The translations under genes were made by a program, and so were the position numbers. From an uncultured Acidobacteriota bacterium (GTDB lineage: Bacteria > Acidobacteriota > Thermoanaerobaculia > Multivoradales > UBA5704): a DNA stretch of 64,000 bases. Position 1 is the stretch's first letter. Each line of letters opens with the position of its first letter. The DNA is taken from NCBI GenBank assembly GCA_963700145.1, contig OY969474.1, positions 3,648,001 through 3,712,000 of the forward strand. The letters are read 5' to 3'. This document shows positions 9,670 through 18,469 of the stretch, one piece after another. The notes under the pieces were generated by a model, which was not told where the DNA came from, did no database searches, and saw only the letters and a program-made list of their open reading frames with translations.

Positions 9670-10719
9670 TCAGGGCTTGAGCCGGGCCACCGGGCAGATG
9701 ACCGGCTCGTAGGAGCCGCGGGGGTCGCCGAGGCGGATGGCCTCCAGCAGCCGCGAGCTGAGCTCGTCGCGGTGCACGGCGGTCCAGCCGACGCGCTCGC
9801 TCCCCTCGATGAAGGGGACGGGGCGGAGCCGGTTGGGGGGCCGCATCTTGGCGAGCTCGTAATACATCTCGAAGTGCTTGCCGGCATCCGGCGCGGACGC
9901 GCTCGACTGCGCTTCCGCCGCGTGCGCGGCGTGTCCCTGCGGCACGTTGAGCAACGCCAGCTCGAGCGTGTTGCCGACGGGGCGCAGCGCCGCGGAGCGC
10001 CCCGCGCCGCCGTCCCAGCGCGACTCGCTCAGCTCCAGGACCTCGCCGCTCACGCGGATCTCGGCCGCGACCCAATCGGTGAGCGCCTGGCGGTAGCCGT
10101 TCGTCGGCTGCTCGGCCTTGAGGGACTGGAAGCCCAGCGGCGGCACCTCGTCCTGCAGGCCGACGAGGCGATAGCTCGAGATCTCGCCGGCGCGCAGCCG
10201 CAGGCGGGCGGCGATCAAGCCCTTCTCCGGGCGCGCCCGCAGGACGTCGGGGTCGGCGGCGCCGGCCGCGGGGTCGATCTTCTCCAACTCGGCGACCCAG
10301 CCGAAGTCCTTCCGCTCGGCCGCCGTTCGGGGCAGAGACTCGCCGGCCGACCGCTGGCCGCCGAGGATGGTGAGCGGCGGCGCGGCCAGCTCGCTGCGGC
10401 CCGCGCCGAAGAGCGCGAGGTCGGAGCCGTCGAGCCGCCAGGCGAGGCCGGCGTCGATCGCCTGTGCGAGCGCGTCGCCCGCCGCCTCCGGCGCGAGGTC
10501 GGGGAAGAGGAAGCTCGCCGCGCCGGCGTCGGCGCCGCAGCCGCCGCCGCAGCCCCCCGCCCGCGCCAGCAGCAGGGGCTCGTGCGGCGGCATGCGGGTG
10601 CCGTCCGAGACGGTGTAGCTCTCCGCGGCGTCGAGCAGCAGGACGGTCAGCTCCTTGCCGTCCTCGCTCGGCACGAACGCGATCAAGCCGACGAAGAAGA
10701 TGCGCACGATGAAGTCCAT
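9670..10719 (-). CDS. Hypothetical protein downstream of the CHAT protease
   Basis: 349-aa ORF with GAGGAGG RBS, 21 bp after the CHAT stop; starts MDFIVRIFFVGLIAFVPS, ends YEPVICPVARLKP; no family recognised. Confidence 0.75.
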   Translation of the reverse strand: MDFIVRIFFVGLIAFVPSEDGKELTVLLLDAAESYTVSDGTRMPPHEPLLLARAGGCGGGCGADAGAASFLFPDLAPEAAGDALAQAIDAGLAWRLDGSDLALFGAGRSELAAPPLTILGGQRSAGESLPRTAAERKDFGWVAELEKIDPAAGAADPDVLRARPEKGLIAARLRLRAGEISSYRLVGLQDEVPPLGFQSLKAEQPTNGYRQALTDWVAAEIRVSGEVLELSESRWDGGAGRSAALRPVGNTLELALLNVPQGHAAHAAEAQSSASAPDAGKHFEMYYELAKMRPPNRLRPVPFIEGSERVGWTAVHRDELSSRLLEAIRLGDPRGSYEPVICPVARLKP

Positions 10720-10740
10720 GGGATAGCCCTCCTCGAATGG

Positions 10741-13700
10741 TCAGTTGGGTGGAAACGGCGACGACGCGTGGCCGACGACCTGGAACGGGGCCCAGACAAG
10801 GACCAGCTCGCCTCTAGGGCTCTGCTTGCGAATCACCTCCAGCTGTGCCTCCCGCAGGGCCCTCGCAGCGTCCTCTCCGGCGGCCAGGTGCTCATGGAAC
10901 GACACCAGGAGGCTGGCGGAGGAGGAGTCGCTGACGTTCCAGAGCGTGCCGACCACCGCCGGCACGCCGCCGGCGAGGAACGGCCGCACCAGCGGCGCGA
11001 GGCCCGACGATCCGATCGACCGGCCGCCGGCCGAGCTGCAGGCCGAGAGCACGACGAGGCGCGTCTTCCGCAGCTCCAGCCGGCTCAGTAGCTCTTCGGC
11101 GGTGAGCGCTCCCGAATGGGTCGCCGACCGCGCGAGCAGGAGGACCGACCGCGAGGGGGCGTCGTCGTTGGCGATCGCGTGGCCGGCGAAGTGGACGACG
11201 GTCTTGGCCGCCGCCCGGCGGAGGAAGCTGTCCACCGTCGCCTGCTCCGGCGCGAGCCTCTCGGCCAGCGGCCCGTAAAAGCGCTCGATCCCGGCGACTT
11301 CGCGGCCGGCCCAGGCCAGCGGCTCGAGGTCGCGCGCGATCTCCAGCTCCTTGTCGAAGACCGGATCGCCCACGAGCAGCGCGCTGGCAGGCTCGCCGCG
11401 GAGCTCGCGGTCGCGCAGCAGCGAGAAGACGTAAAGCGTGGCGCTGGGCGCCACTTCGATCGGGAAGTCTTCGACCAAGTGCCGGTTGGTAACCGGGTCG
11501 CGCAGCGCCGCGAGCGGCAGGCCGTGGAGCGCTCGGTCCGGGACGAAAACGAGCCGCTCGACCTTCGAACGGTCGAGCCGGGCGAGCGGGGCTGCGAGCA
11601 GGGCGGCGAAAGCCCGCTCGAGAACCTCGACGACGCTCTCGGTGTCGCCCGTCTCCCTCGCGGCGCGCAGGTCCTCGACCCACTCCGCGATGGTCCGGTG
11701 ATCGATCTTCGGGCGCAGCGACTCGAACTGCTCGCGCCCGACGATCCAGATCACGAGCTGCGGCTCCTCCCCCGTCTCGTCGAGGAAGTAGAAGTCGAGA
11801 AGGAAGGTCCCGGCCGGGAGCTGCGCCTGGACTTCGGTGAGATCGAGCGGCTCGCGCTGCGCGATCAACCGCTCGAATCTTCGAGGCGCCGAGCGGAGCC
11901 GCAAGACGAGGTCCAGCGGCTCCACCGCCCGCGCACCTTCGACATGCGCGAAGGCTTCGGCATCCCGCCCTCGATCTATCAGCAGCCGGACGAGCTGCTG
12001 AGATGCCTCCCCGAAGCGAGAGAAATAAGGCCCCCAGCGCTCCTCGCTCTCCCCCGGCCGTCGGAGGTCCAGGACCCGCTTTTCTTCGGCAGCGACCTCC
12101 TCCATGCCGGCTTTGAGGGCCTCCTCCGCACCGGCCGAAACGCCCGTCCTCCGGTAGGCACGCGCCAGCTGGAAGTGGAGGTTGGCGCGATAGGTCCTGA
12201 ACTGCTCCGGCGGGTAGAGGGCGATGGCTTCGCGCAGGAGCCGGATCGCCGCCTGCGGATCGCTCGCGAGCAGGGCGCTCGCCTCCGCCTCCTTGGCGCG
12301 TGCCAGCAACGCGCTCCTCACACCCTCGTCCACGGCCCGCTCGAAAAACCGGAGGGCCTCCTGGACGTCCGCTCGCGCCTCCTCGTGGCGATCGAGAAAG
12401 GCGAGGAGCGTCGCGCGCCCGCGCAGTGCGATCCCGAGGTTTTGGCGCAGCCCGGGCGCCAGCGGATCGTCCGGCGGCAGCGGCGCCAGGTCCTGCCGGA
12501 GGCGGTCGATCGATTCGGTCTGCATCTGGAGGGCGGTCTCCGGCTCATCGAGGGCGAGGGCCGCCGAGGCGGCTTCGCCCAAGATGTAATGCTGGCGGTC
12601 TGTCTCGACGACGGAGCGGAGGTCGCGGAGCGTCTGCCAGGCCTGCTGCCACGCGAGCTCCCGATCCCCCAGCTCGCGGGCGGCTCCCGCCAGGCGTGCA
12701 CGGACGTTGGCGACGCCCTCGGGGTCGCGGACCCGCCGGTAGGTTGCGAGGGCCTCTTCGTAGACCTCGAGGGCCTCGGGGAAACGACCCTGCGCCACGA
12801 GGCAGAGCCCGCGCGACCAGAGGACCTTCGCCAGCAACGACCCGGAGCCGGAATGCCGCGCCGTCGCCTCGAGAGGCTCGAGCATGGCCAAGACTCGCGG
12901 GCAGTGCGCCTCTCGCAAGCGGCGGTAGAGAGCGGCGGCGGCGCCGATCTCCGCGCCGGTGCGCAGCGGGCTGCCCGCCGCCGCCAGCTCCGCGCCGGCT
13001 TGCCGATATCGTTTCTCCTCGTCCGGCGCGGTGACCTCCCGTGAGAGCTGCCGGGCCGCGCCGAACAGCGCGTGGCCCCTGGCGAGCGCGCGCAGCCTCG
13101 CGGCGTCGCGCCGCCGGTCGGCGTCGGCGACGACCTCGACGACGTCGCGGAGGTAGCGGTCGCCGGTTGCGCGCGCGACCGCGCCGGCGACCTCCCGCGC
13201 TTCGCTCAGACGCTGCGGCGCCTGCGGGTCGCCGGCTTCTGTCATCCGCGCCCAAGCCGGCAGCACCTGCTCTTCGACCCAGCGTTGCGCCGCGCCGGGG
13301 AAGGGCGCGACGAGCTGGGTGACGGCCTCACGATCGCCCAGTCGGACCGCTTCGGCGAGGCGCAGCCGGTTGAGCGGCCAGACCGTCGCGGCCATGCGCA
13401 GGTCCTGGCGCTCGAGCCGGTCGCGGTGGCTCCGCCCCGCCGCGGCCCACCGCGGATCGTCGGGGCGGCCGAGGTAGATCGCCCAGGTGCGGGCGGCTTG
13501 CCACGGCAGTTGGAGCAGCTCTTCGGCGAGCGCCAGGTTGAACAGCGCCTCGGGGGACGGGTCGGGCACCGCGACGGCCTCACGGGCCGCCGCCGCCGCG
13601 CGCAGCAGGTCCGAAGGGCCGTCCTGCCGCCGCGCCCGTACCAGGAAAGCGCCTGCCAGGTCGCTCCAGATGCGGGGATCGGGTGCCGGCTGATGGGCCA

Positions 13701-14058
13701 GTGCGGTCAAGGTCGTGATCGCCCCGTCCAGGTTCGACTGCCGCGCCACCTGCTCCAGCGCTTCGAGGTGTTGCCTTCCGGTCTCATCGCATGCCTCCGA
13801 GGACCTAGACACCGGCGGCGGCGGATTGTGGGAAATCGGACAGATCACCTCGCCGAGGAGCCGCTTGCCGCCGCGCCGCTCCTCGCACCGCTCCCAGGCG
13901 AACCCGCCGGAAAGGCGCGGCTCGACCCAACGCCTCTCGACGAGCTCGCCCAGCCCCTCCTCGAGACAGCGCGTCCGGGGATCGGGCTCCGCACCACACC
14001 CGGCGAGCACGGCAAGGCAACCGATCGCGGCGAGAACCTGCGGAAAAAGATTCGGCAT
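10741..14058 (-). CDS. TPR-CHAT (caspase-like) protease, predicted lipoprotein
   Basis: Lipobox LAGC; TPR helices (ALFNLALAEE, GRFPEALEVYEEAL); CHAT motifs LVFVPDRALHGLPLAAL, VVHFAGHA (His), LVVLSACSS (Cys), VVGTLWNVSD, WAPFQVVG. Confidence 0.92.
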   Translation of the reverse strand: MPNLFPQVLAAIGCLAVLAGCGAEPDPRTRCLEEGLGELVERRWVEPRLSGGFAWERCEERRGGKRLLGEVICPISHNPPPPVSRSSEACDETGRQHLEALEQVARQSNLDGAITTLTALAHQPAPDPRIWSDLAGAFLVRARRQDGPSDLLRAAAAAREAVAVPDPSPEALFNLALAEELLQLPWQAARTWAIYLGRPDDPRWAAAGRSHRDRLERQDLRMAATVWPLNRLRLAEAVRLGDREAVTQLVAPFPGAAQRWVEEQVLPAWARMTEAGDPQAPQRLSEAREVAGAVARATGDRYLRDVVEVVADADRRRDAARLRALARGHALFGAARQLSREVTAPDEEKRYRQAGAELAAAGSPLRTGAEIGAAAALYRRLREAHCPRVLAMLEPLEATARHSGSGSLLAKVLWSRGLCLVAQGRFPEALEVYEEALATYRRVRDPEGVANVRARLAGAARELGDRELAWQQAWQTLRDLRSVVETDRQHYILGEAASAALALDEPETALQMQTESIDRLRQDLAPLPPDDPLAPGLRQNLGIALRGRATLLAFLDRHEEARADVQEALRFFERAVDEGVRSALLARAKEAEASALLASDPQAAIRLLREAIALYPPEQFRTYRANLHFQLARAYRRTGVSAGAEEALKAGMEEVAAEEKRVLDLRRPGESEERWGPYFSRFGEASQQLVRLLIDRGRDAEAFAHVEGARAVEPLDLVLRLRSAPRRFERLIAQREPLDLTEVQAQLPAGTFLLDFYFLDETGEEPQLVIWIVGREQFESLRPKIDHRTIAEWVEDLRAARETGDTESVVEVLERAFAALLAAPLARLDRSKVERLVFVPDRALHGLPLAALRDPVTNRHLVEDFPIEVAPSATLYVFSLLRDRELRGEPASALLVGDPVFDKELEIARDLEPLAWAGREVAGIERFYGPLAERLAPEQATVDSFLRRAAAKTVVHFAGHAIANDDAPSRSVLLLARSATHSGALTAEELLSRLELRKTRLVVLSACSSAGGRSIGSSGLAPLVRPFLAGGVPAVVGTLWNVSDSSSASLLVSFHEHLAAGEDAARALREAQLEVIRKQSPRGELVLVWAPFQVVGHASSPFPPN

Positions 14059-14102
14059 AAGCCCTCCACGGACTCTCGCCCGCGTGCTCTAAACTGTTGC
14101 CG

Positions 14103-14702
14103 GTGAGTCGGCAAGTGAACGACGACTGGTTCGCGGATCTCTACCAACGTTTTTACAGCTCTATTTTCGCCTACTTCGTGCGCATCGGATTTCCGCGCGA
14201 GGACGCGAGAGACCTCGCACAAGAGACATTCTTGCGTGTCTATCGAGGCATGGAGCGCTATGAAGGCCGCGGCGACTTCGCCTTTCTGAAGAGGACGGCG
14301 GTCAACGTCGGCATCAACGCGATCCGCGACAGAAAGACCGCCAAGCGGCAGGCCGTCGTCGTCCCGCTCGACGAGCTGCCGCACATCGCCGCCGGCGCCG
14401 AGAACCCGGCCGGCGAAGCGCCGCCGACGCCCGAGGCGGATGCCGCGCAGCACGAGGAGGCCGTCGCGCGCCGAAGCTGGCTGAAACAGGCGATCGCCGC
14501 GCTGCCGGCCGCACAACGCGATTGCCTGCTGCTGCGGCTCGACGGCCTCAAGTACCGTGAGATCGCTCGCGTGATGGGCGTCCCGATCGATACAGTGAAG
14601 TCGCGGCTCCACGAGGCGCGCAGGACGCTGAGCGAGGGGTACCGCGCGGGTGCCGGAGGGCTCGAGTGGCCGCCGGAGCTCGAGGACGACGACCATGAGT
14701 AG
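14103..14702 (+). CDS. ECF RNA polymerase sigma factor
   Basis: Region 2 DARDLAQETFLRVYR; region 4 LPAAQRDCLLLRLDGLKYREIARVMGVPIDTVKSRLHEAR. Start uncertain (14097, 14103 or 14115). Confidence 0.92.
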   Translation: MSRQVNDDWFADLYQRFYSSIFAYFVRIGFPREDARDLAQETFLRVYRGMERYEGRGDFAFLKRTAVNVGINAIRDRKTAKRQAVVVPLDELPHIAAGAENPAGEAPPTPEADAAQHEEAVARRSWLKQAIAALPAAQRDCLLLRLDGLKYREIARVMGVPIDTVKSRLHEARRTLSEGYRAGAGGLEWPPELEDDDHE

Positions 14703-15465
14703 GAAGAGCGACTGGGCCGCCGCTTACCGCGAGCTCCTCGCCGACGGCCGGCAGCGGCTCGGCGAGCCGCCGACGACCGAGGAGATCGTGGCCTACGCGC
14801 ACGGCGAGCTCCCGCCGGCCGAAGCGAGTCGCGTCCAGGAGTACCTGGCTCTTCATCCCGAGCTGGCGCGCGCTCTCGCCGAGCCGGTGCCGGAGTCGGA
14901 TCGAGGGGAGCCCGGCGCCCCCGACTTCCTGTCCGCCGAGGAGATCGCGAGCGACTGGACCGCCCTCCAGGCTCGGCTCGAGCCGGCGCGTCCGCGCCGG
15001 CCCGGCGTCTGGCGCCCCCTCGCCCTGGCGGCCTCGCTCCTCGCCATCGTCTCGAGCGGTCTGTACCTGCAGGCGCAGCGCGAAGTGAGCCGACTCGCGC
15101 GGGAGCTGCGGGAGCCGCGCGCCAACCCCGAGCATCGCATGCTCCTGCCCGACGGGGACCGCGGCGCCGCAGAGCCCGACATCCTGCTGCCGGCGGCGGC
15201 CGATCAATTCCTCCTCAAGCCGGCGCTCGTCGGACACCCGGACTTCGCTGACTATCGGCTCAAAATCATCGACATCAGCGGTCGTGAGCCGCGCGTGGTT
15301 TGGGACCGGACGGGGCTCCGGCGCCTCAGCGACGACACTTTCGAGCTCTGGGTGACGCGCGATTTTCTCTCGTCCAAGGAGTACCGGCTCGAGCTCTACG
15401 GCATCGACGAGAGCCGCAAGGAAACGCTGCTCGCCAAATACACCCTGCGCCTACCGCCGCGGTAG
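14695..15465 (+). CDS. Single-pass anti-sigma factor with degenerate ZAS-like N-terminus
   Basis: ATG 14695 overlaps the sigma 3' end; EEIVAYAHGELPPAEASRVQEYLALHPEL; TM LALAASLLAIVSSGLYL; short coiled coil; beta-rich C-terminal domain. Confidence 0.78.
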   Translation: MSRKSDWAAAYRELLADGRQRLGEPPTTEEIVAYAHGELPPAEASRVQEYLALHPELARALAEPVPESDRGEPGAPDFLSAEEIASDWTALQARLEPARPRRPGVWRPLALAASLLAIVSSGLYLQAQREVSRLARELREPRANPEHRMLLPDGDRGAAEPDILLPAAADQFLLKPALVGHPDFADYRLKIIDISGREPRVVWDRTGLRRLSDDTFELWVTRDFLSSKEYRLELYGIDESRKETLLAKYTLRLPPR

Positions 15466-15468
15466 AGC

Positions 15469-16044
15469 TCAAGGAGCTCCGGCCGCGGGCCGCGCTTCCC
15501 GCGCGTAGGCATCGAGCAGGGGGTCCAGCGGGCGCACATCGGCCTCCTGCGGTGGGACGGCCCGGTCGACGAACCGGCGGAAGAATTCGGCCGCTTCCTT
15601 CTGATAGCTCTCGGGCGAGCCGGGCGCCGGGGATCCGAGGCGGCGCAGCATCGCGCGCGCGTACGCCAGCGAGAAATCGCGTAGGTCGAACGCCGCGCCA
15701 GCCCGCGTCTGCGACCGCGCCTCCTCTTCGACGTACCGTCTCATCTCCGCCAAGTGCCAGAAGACGAGCCCCTCGTCATTGGCCGCCGAGAGCGCCTGAG
15801 TGCGCTCCAGTTGCTGCTGCAGCGTCGTGCGTTCGTTCTTCAATTGGGCGACTTCGTTGCGGAGCTGCTGCACGAGCGCCTGCTGCGTCTGCAGCTCGCT
15901 CTCCTTCTCGAACACCGGCTTCACGCTGTAGACGTACGCATAGACGCCGAAGGCGAGCGCCGCCATGGTGGCGGCCTTTTGGAAGATCTCGAGCCAGGAA
16001 TCCTCGCCGAGGAAGGTGCGCCGGAAGGGCTCTCGCGTCGCCAT
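15469..16044 (-). CDS. Hypothetical single-TM coiled-coil protein
   Basis: ATG 16044; TM AATMAALAFGVYAYVYSV followed by a Q/E-rich heptad region. Confidence 0.65.
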   Translation of the reverse strand: MATREPFRRTFLGEDSWLEIFQKAATMAALAFGVYAYVYSVKPVFEKESELQTQQALVQQLRNEVAQLKNERTTLQQQLERTQALSAANDEGLVFWHLAEMRRYVEEEARSQTRAGAAFDLRDFSLAYARAMLRRLGSPAPGSPESYQKEAAEFFRRFVDRAVPPQEADVRPLDPLLDAYAREARPAAGAP

Positions 16045-16135
16045 TCTTGCGCTTATAAGAACACGAGAACCGGAGCTCTGTTGGTCCTCCCCGGCGCTTT
16101 GACCCCTTCCGCCTCCGGGCGTGTCTTTCTTCCGC

Positions 16136-18469
16136 ATGAGGATCAACGGCCGGCGGAAGCTGTGCGTCCTGGTCGCCGCTTTGGGTCTGTTCGTGTGCGG
16201 GCGCGGCGACCCGCCCCTGACCGCGGCCGTCGTGAGCCCGCGGCGCCACGCATTCCTGGTCGGGATCGACGACTACGAGGGGCCGCCCGGGGACCGCCTC
16301 AAGGGCGCGGCGGACCGCGGCTGGCGCGACCTCGAAGGAGCAGTCAACGACGTGCACCTGCTGCGCGAGATGCTCGTCGCCCGCTACGGCTTCGCGGTGC
16401 GTGAGGTCGCGACCCTGACCGACCGCGCCGCCACCCGCGCGGCGATCCTGCGCGGGATCGAGACCCACCTCGTGCGGCAGGCCGGCCCCGGCGACGTCGT
16501 CCTCTTCTACTTCTCGGGTCACGGATCGCAGGTGCGCAACTCACGCTCCGACGAGCCGGACGGCCGGGACGAGACGCTGGTGCCGGCCGACTCCCGCGCC
16601 GGCGCGCCCGACATCCGGGACAAGGAGCTGCGGCGGCTGTTCAACCGCATCCTCGACCAGGGCGCCCGCCTGACCGTCGTCGTCGACACCTGTCACAGCG
16701 GCTCGGTCGCGCGCGGTCTGCCCAGCGGCGAGCTCCCCCGGGGCATCGACCTGGACCCGCGGGACGTCGCGGACGGCGCTCCGCACGGCCCGCGGCCGGA
16801 GGATCGTGGGGCGCTCGTCCTCGCAGCGGCCGAGGACTTCGACCGCGCCTGGGAGAGCTGGGACGAAGCGGGCAAGCCGCACGGCGCGTTCTCGCTGGCC
16901 CTGGTGCGGGCGATGCGGGACGCCCTCCCGGGGGAACCGGCGGAGGAGACCTTCCTCCGCGCGCGCGCCCGCCTCCAGGCCGAGCGACGCTTCCAGGAGC
17001 CCGTCCTGACCGGCAATCCGGCGGCGCGGCTCGCGCCGCTGCTGGGGTCGCGGCCGGGCGCGCGGAAAGACCGTGCCGTGGTCGCCGTCGAGCGCGTCGA
17101 GCGCAGCGGCACGGTGGTCCTCCAGGGAGGTTGGGCGCACGGGCTGGCGGTCGGCAGCCAGTTGCGGGTCAGCGTACCGGGGCAGGGCGAAGGGGTGCGG
17201 CTCGTCGTCACCGCAATGCAGGGGCTCGGCCGCTGCGAAGCCCGCGTCGCGCCGTCGCCGTCGCGGCGCGCGGCGCCGGCGGCCCCCCTGGCCGGGGCGC
17301 TGGCGGAAGTCGTCGGCTGGGAGGTGCCGCCGATGCCGCCGCTCCGCGTCTGGATGCCGCGCGCCGAGGGGGGCGCCTTCGACGCGGCCGTCCGGCTGGC
17401 CGGCGAGCTCGCCGCCGCGGCGCCGCGCCGCCGCATCGGCTGGGTGAGCGACCCGACCGAGGTGACGCCGACGCACCTCCTCCGCTGGCGCGCCGAAGGC
17501 TGGGAGCTTCTCGGGCCGCGAGGCCTGCCGGCGCGTCTCGGACCGGCGCCCGACGTCGCCTCGGTGCTGGCGCAGATCGACGCTCCCCGCTCCGCTCTCT
17601 TCGTGCAGCTGCCGGCGCCGGCGGACCTGCGGCTCGAGGTCGGCCCGGGCACGGGCCAGGAGGGGGTGGCGCCGGCGGCGGAGCCCGAGCAGGCCGACTA
17701 CGCCCTGGTCGGCCGGCTCGCGGGTCGCACGGCGGAGTACGCCTGGGTGCGTCCCGAAGTCGGAGCCGCCGACCGGCGGCGGAGCGGGCTGCCGTTGCGC
17801 AGCGACTGGGTCGAGCTCGCGCCCCGGCGCTCGGCCGAGGCGGCCCTCGATCTCGCACGGGCGGTGCTGCGGCTGCGCCGGGTCCAAGGGTGGTATCGCC
17901 TCGAGTCGCCGGTGACGGAGGCCTTCGCGTACCGCTTGGCGCTGGCGCGGCCCGACGACCTGCGCGAGGTGAGCGATGGCGTGCTGCGTGGAGGCGAAAG
18001 GCTCGGCCTCGCCTTGCGCTTGCGGGCGCCGCAGCCGGGCGCGGTGCGCCCCCGCTACGTCTACGCCTTCATGATCGACAGCCACGGCCGGAGCGTCTTG
18101 CTCTTCCCCGCCACAGGACCGCTCGAGAACCGCTTCCCGACGCACCGACCGGGAGCGGCCTCCGAGCCGCCCGCCACGATCCCGCTGGGATCGCCGGACC
18201 TCTTCACGGTGAGCGAGCCGTTCGGCGTGGACACCTATTTCCTGTTGACCAGCGAAGAGCAGCTCCCGTACCCGTGGGTGCTCGAGTGGGAGGGGGCGCG
18301 AACGCGGGAGCCGCGCACGCTGTCGCCGCTCGAGGAGCTGGTGTTCGCCACCAGCGGGGTCGCCCGCTCGGCCGCGGTGCAGGTGCCGTCGAGCTGGTCG
18401 CTCGAGCGCAGGGTCTTCGAATCGGTGCCCGCCCAAGCCGCCGGACGAGGAAGTCGAGATGGCGCGTAA
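16136..18469 (+). CDS. Exported caspase-family (peptidase C14) protein with long C-terminal extension (possibly DUF4384-like)
   Basis: Hydrophobic N-terminus; AFLVGIDDY, LEGAVNDV, FYFSGHGSQ (His), VVDTCHSG (Cys), HGAFSLAL, QEPVL; C-terminal YVYAFMIDSHG..LLFP..EPFGVDTYFLLTS. Confidence 0.9.
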   Translation: MRINGRRKLCVLVAALGLFVCGRGDPPLTAAVVSPRRHAFLVGIDDYEGPPGDRLKGAADRGWRDLEGAVNDVHLLREMLVARYGFAVREVATLTDRAATRAAILRGIETHLVRQAGPGDVVLFYFSGHGSQVRNSRSDEPDGRDETLVPADSRAGAPDIRDKELRRLFNRILDQGARLTVVVDTCHSGSVARGLPSGELPRGIDLDPRDVADGAPHGPRPEDRGALVLAAAEDFDRAWESWDEAGKPHGAFSLALVRAMRDALPGEPAEETFLRARARLQAERRFQEPVLTGNPAARLAPLLGSRPGARKDRAVVAVERVERSGTVVLQGGWAHGLAVGSQLRVSVPGQGEGVRLVVTAMQGLGRCEARVAPSPSRRAAPAAPLAGALAEVVGWEVPPMPPLRVWMPRAEGGAFDAAVRLAGELAAAAPRRRIGWVSDPTEVTPTHLLRWRAEGWELLGPRGLPARLGPAPDVASVLAQIDAPRSALFVQLPAPADLRLEVGPGTGQEGVAPAAEPEQADYALVGRLAGRTAEYAWVRPEVGAADRRRSGLPLRSDWVELAPRRSAEAALDLARAVLRLRRVQGWYRLESPVTEAFAYRLALARPDDLREVSDGVLRGGERLGLALRLRAPQPGAVRPRYVYAFMIDSHGRSVLLFPATGPLENRFPTHRPGAASEPPATIPLGSPDLFTVSEPFGVDTYFLLTSEEQLPYPWVLEWEGARTREPRTLSPLEELVFATSGVARSAAVQVPSSWSLERRVFESVPAQAAGRGSRDGA

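Noticed and set aside
9670-10719. Bacterial gasdermin next to the CHAT protease
   Set aside because: No N-terminal Cys and no recognisable gasdermin features; needs a structure search.
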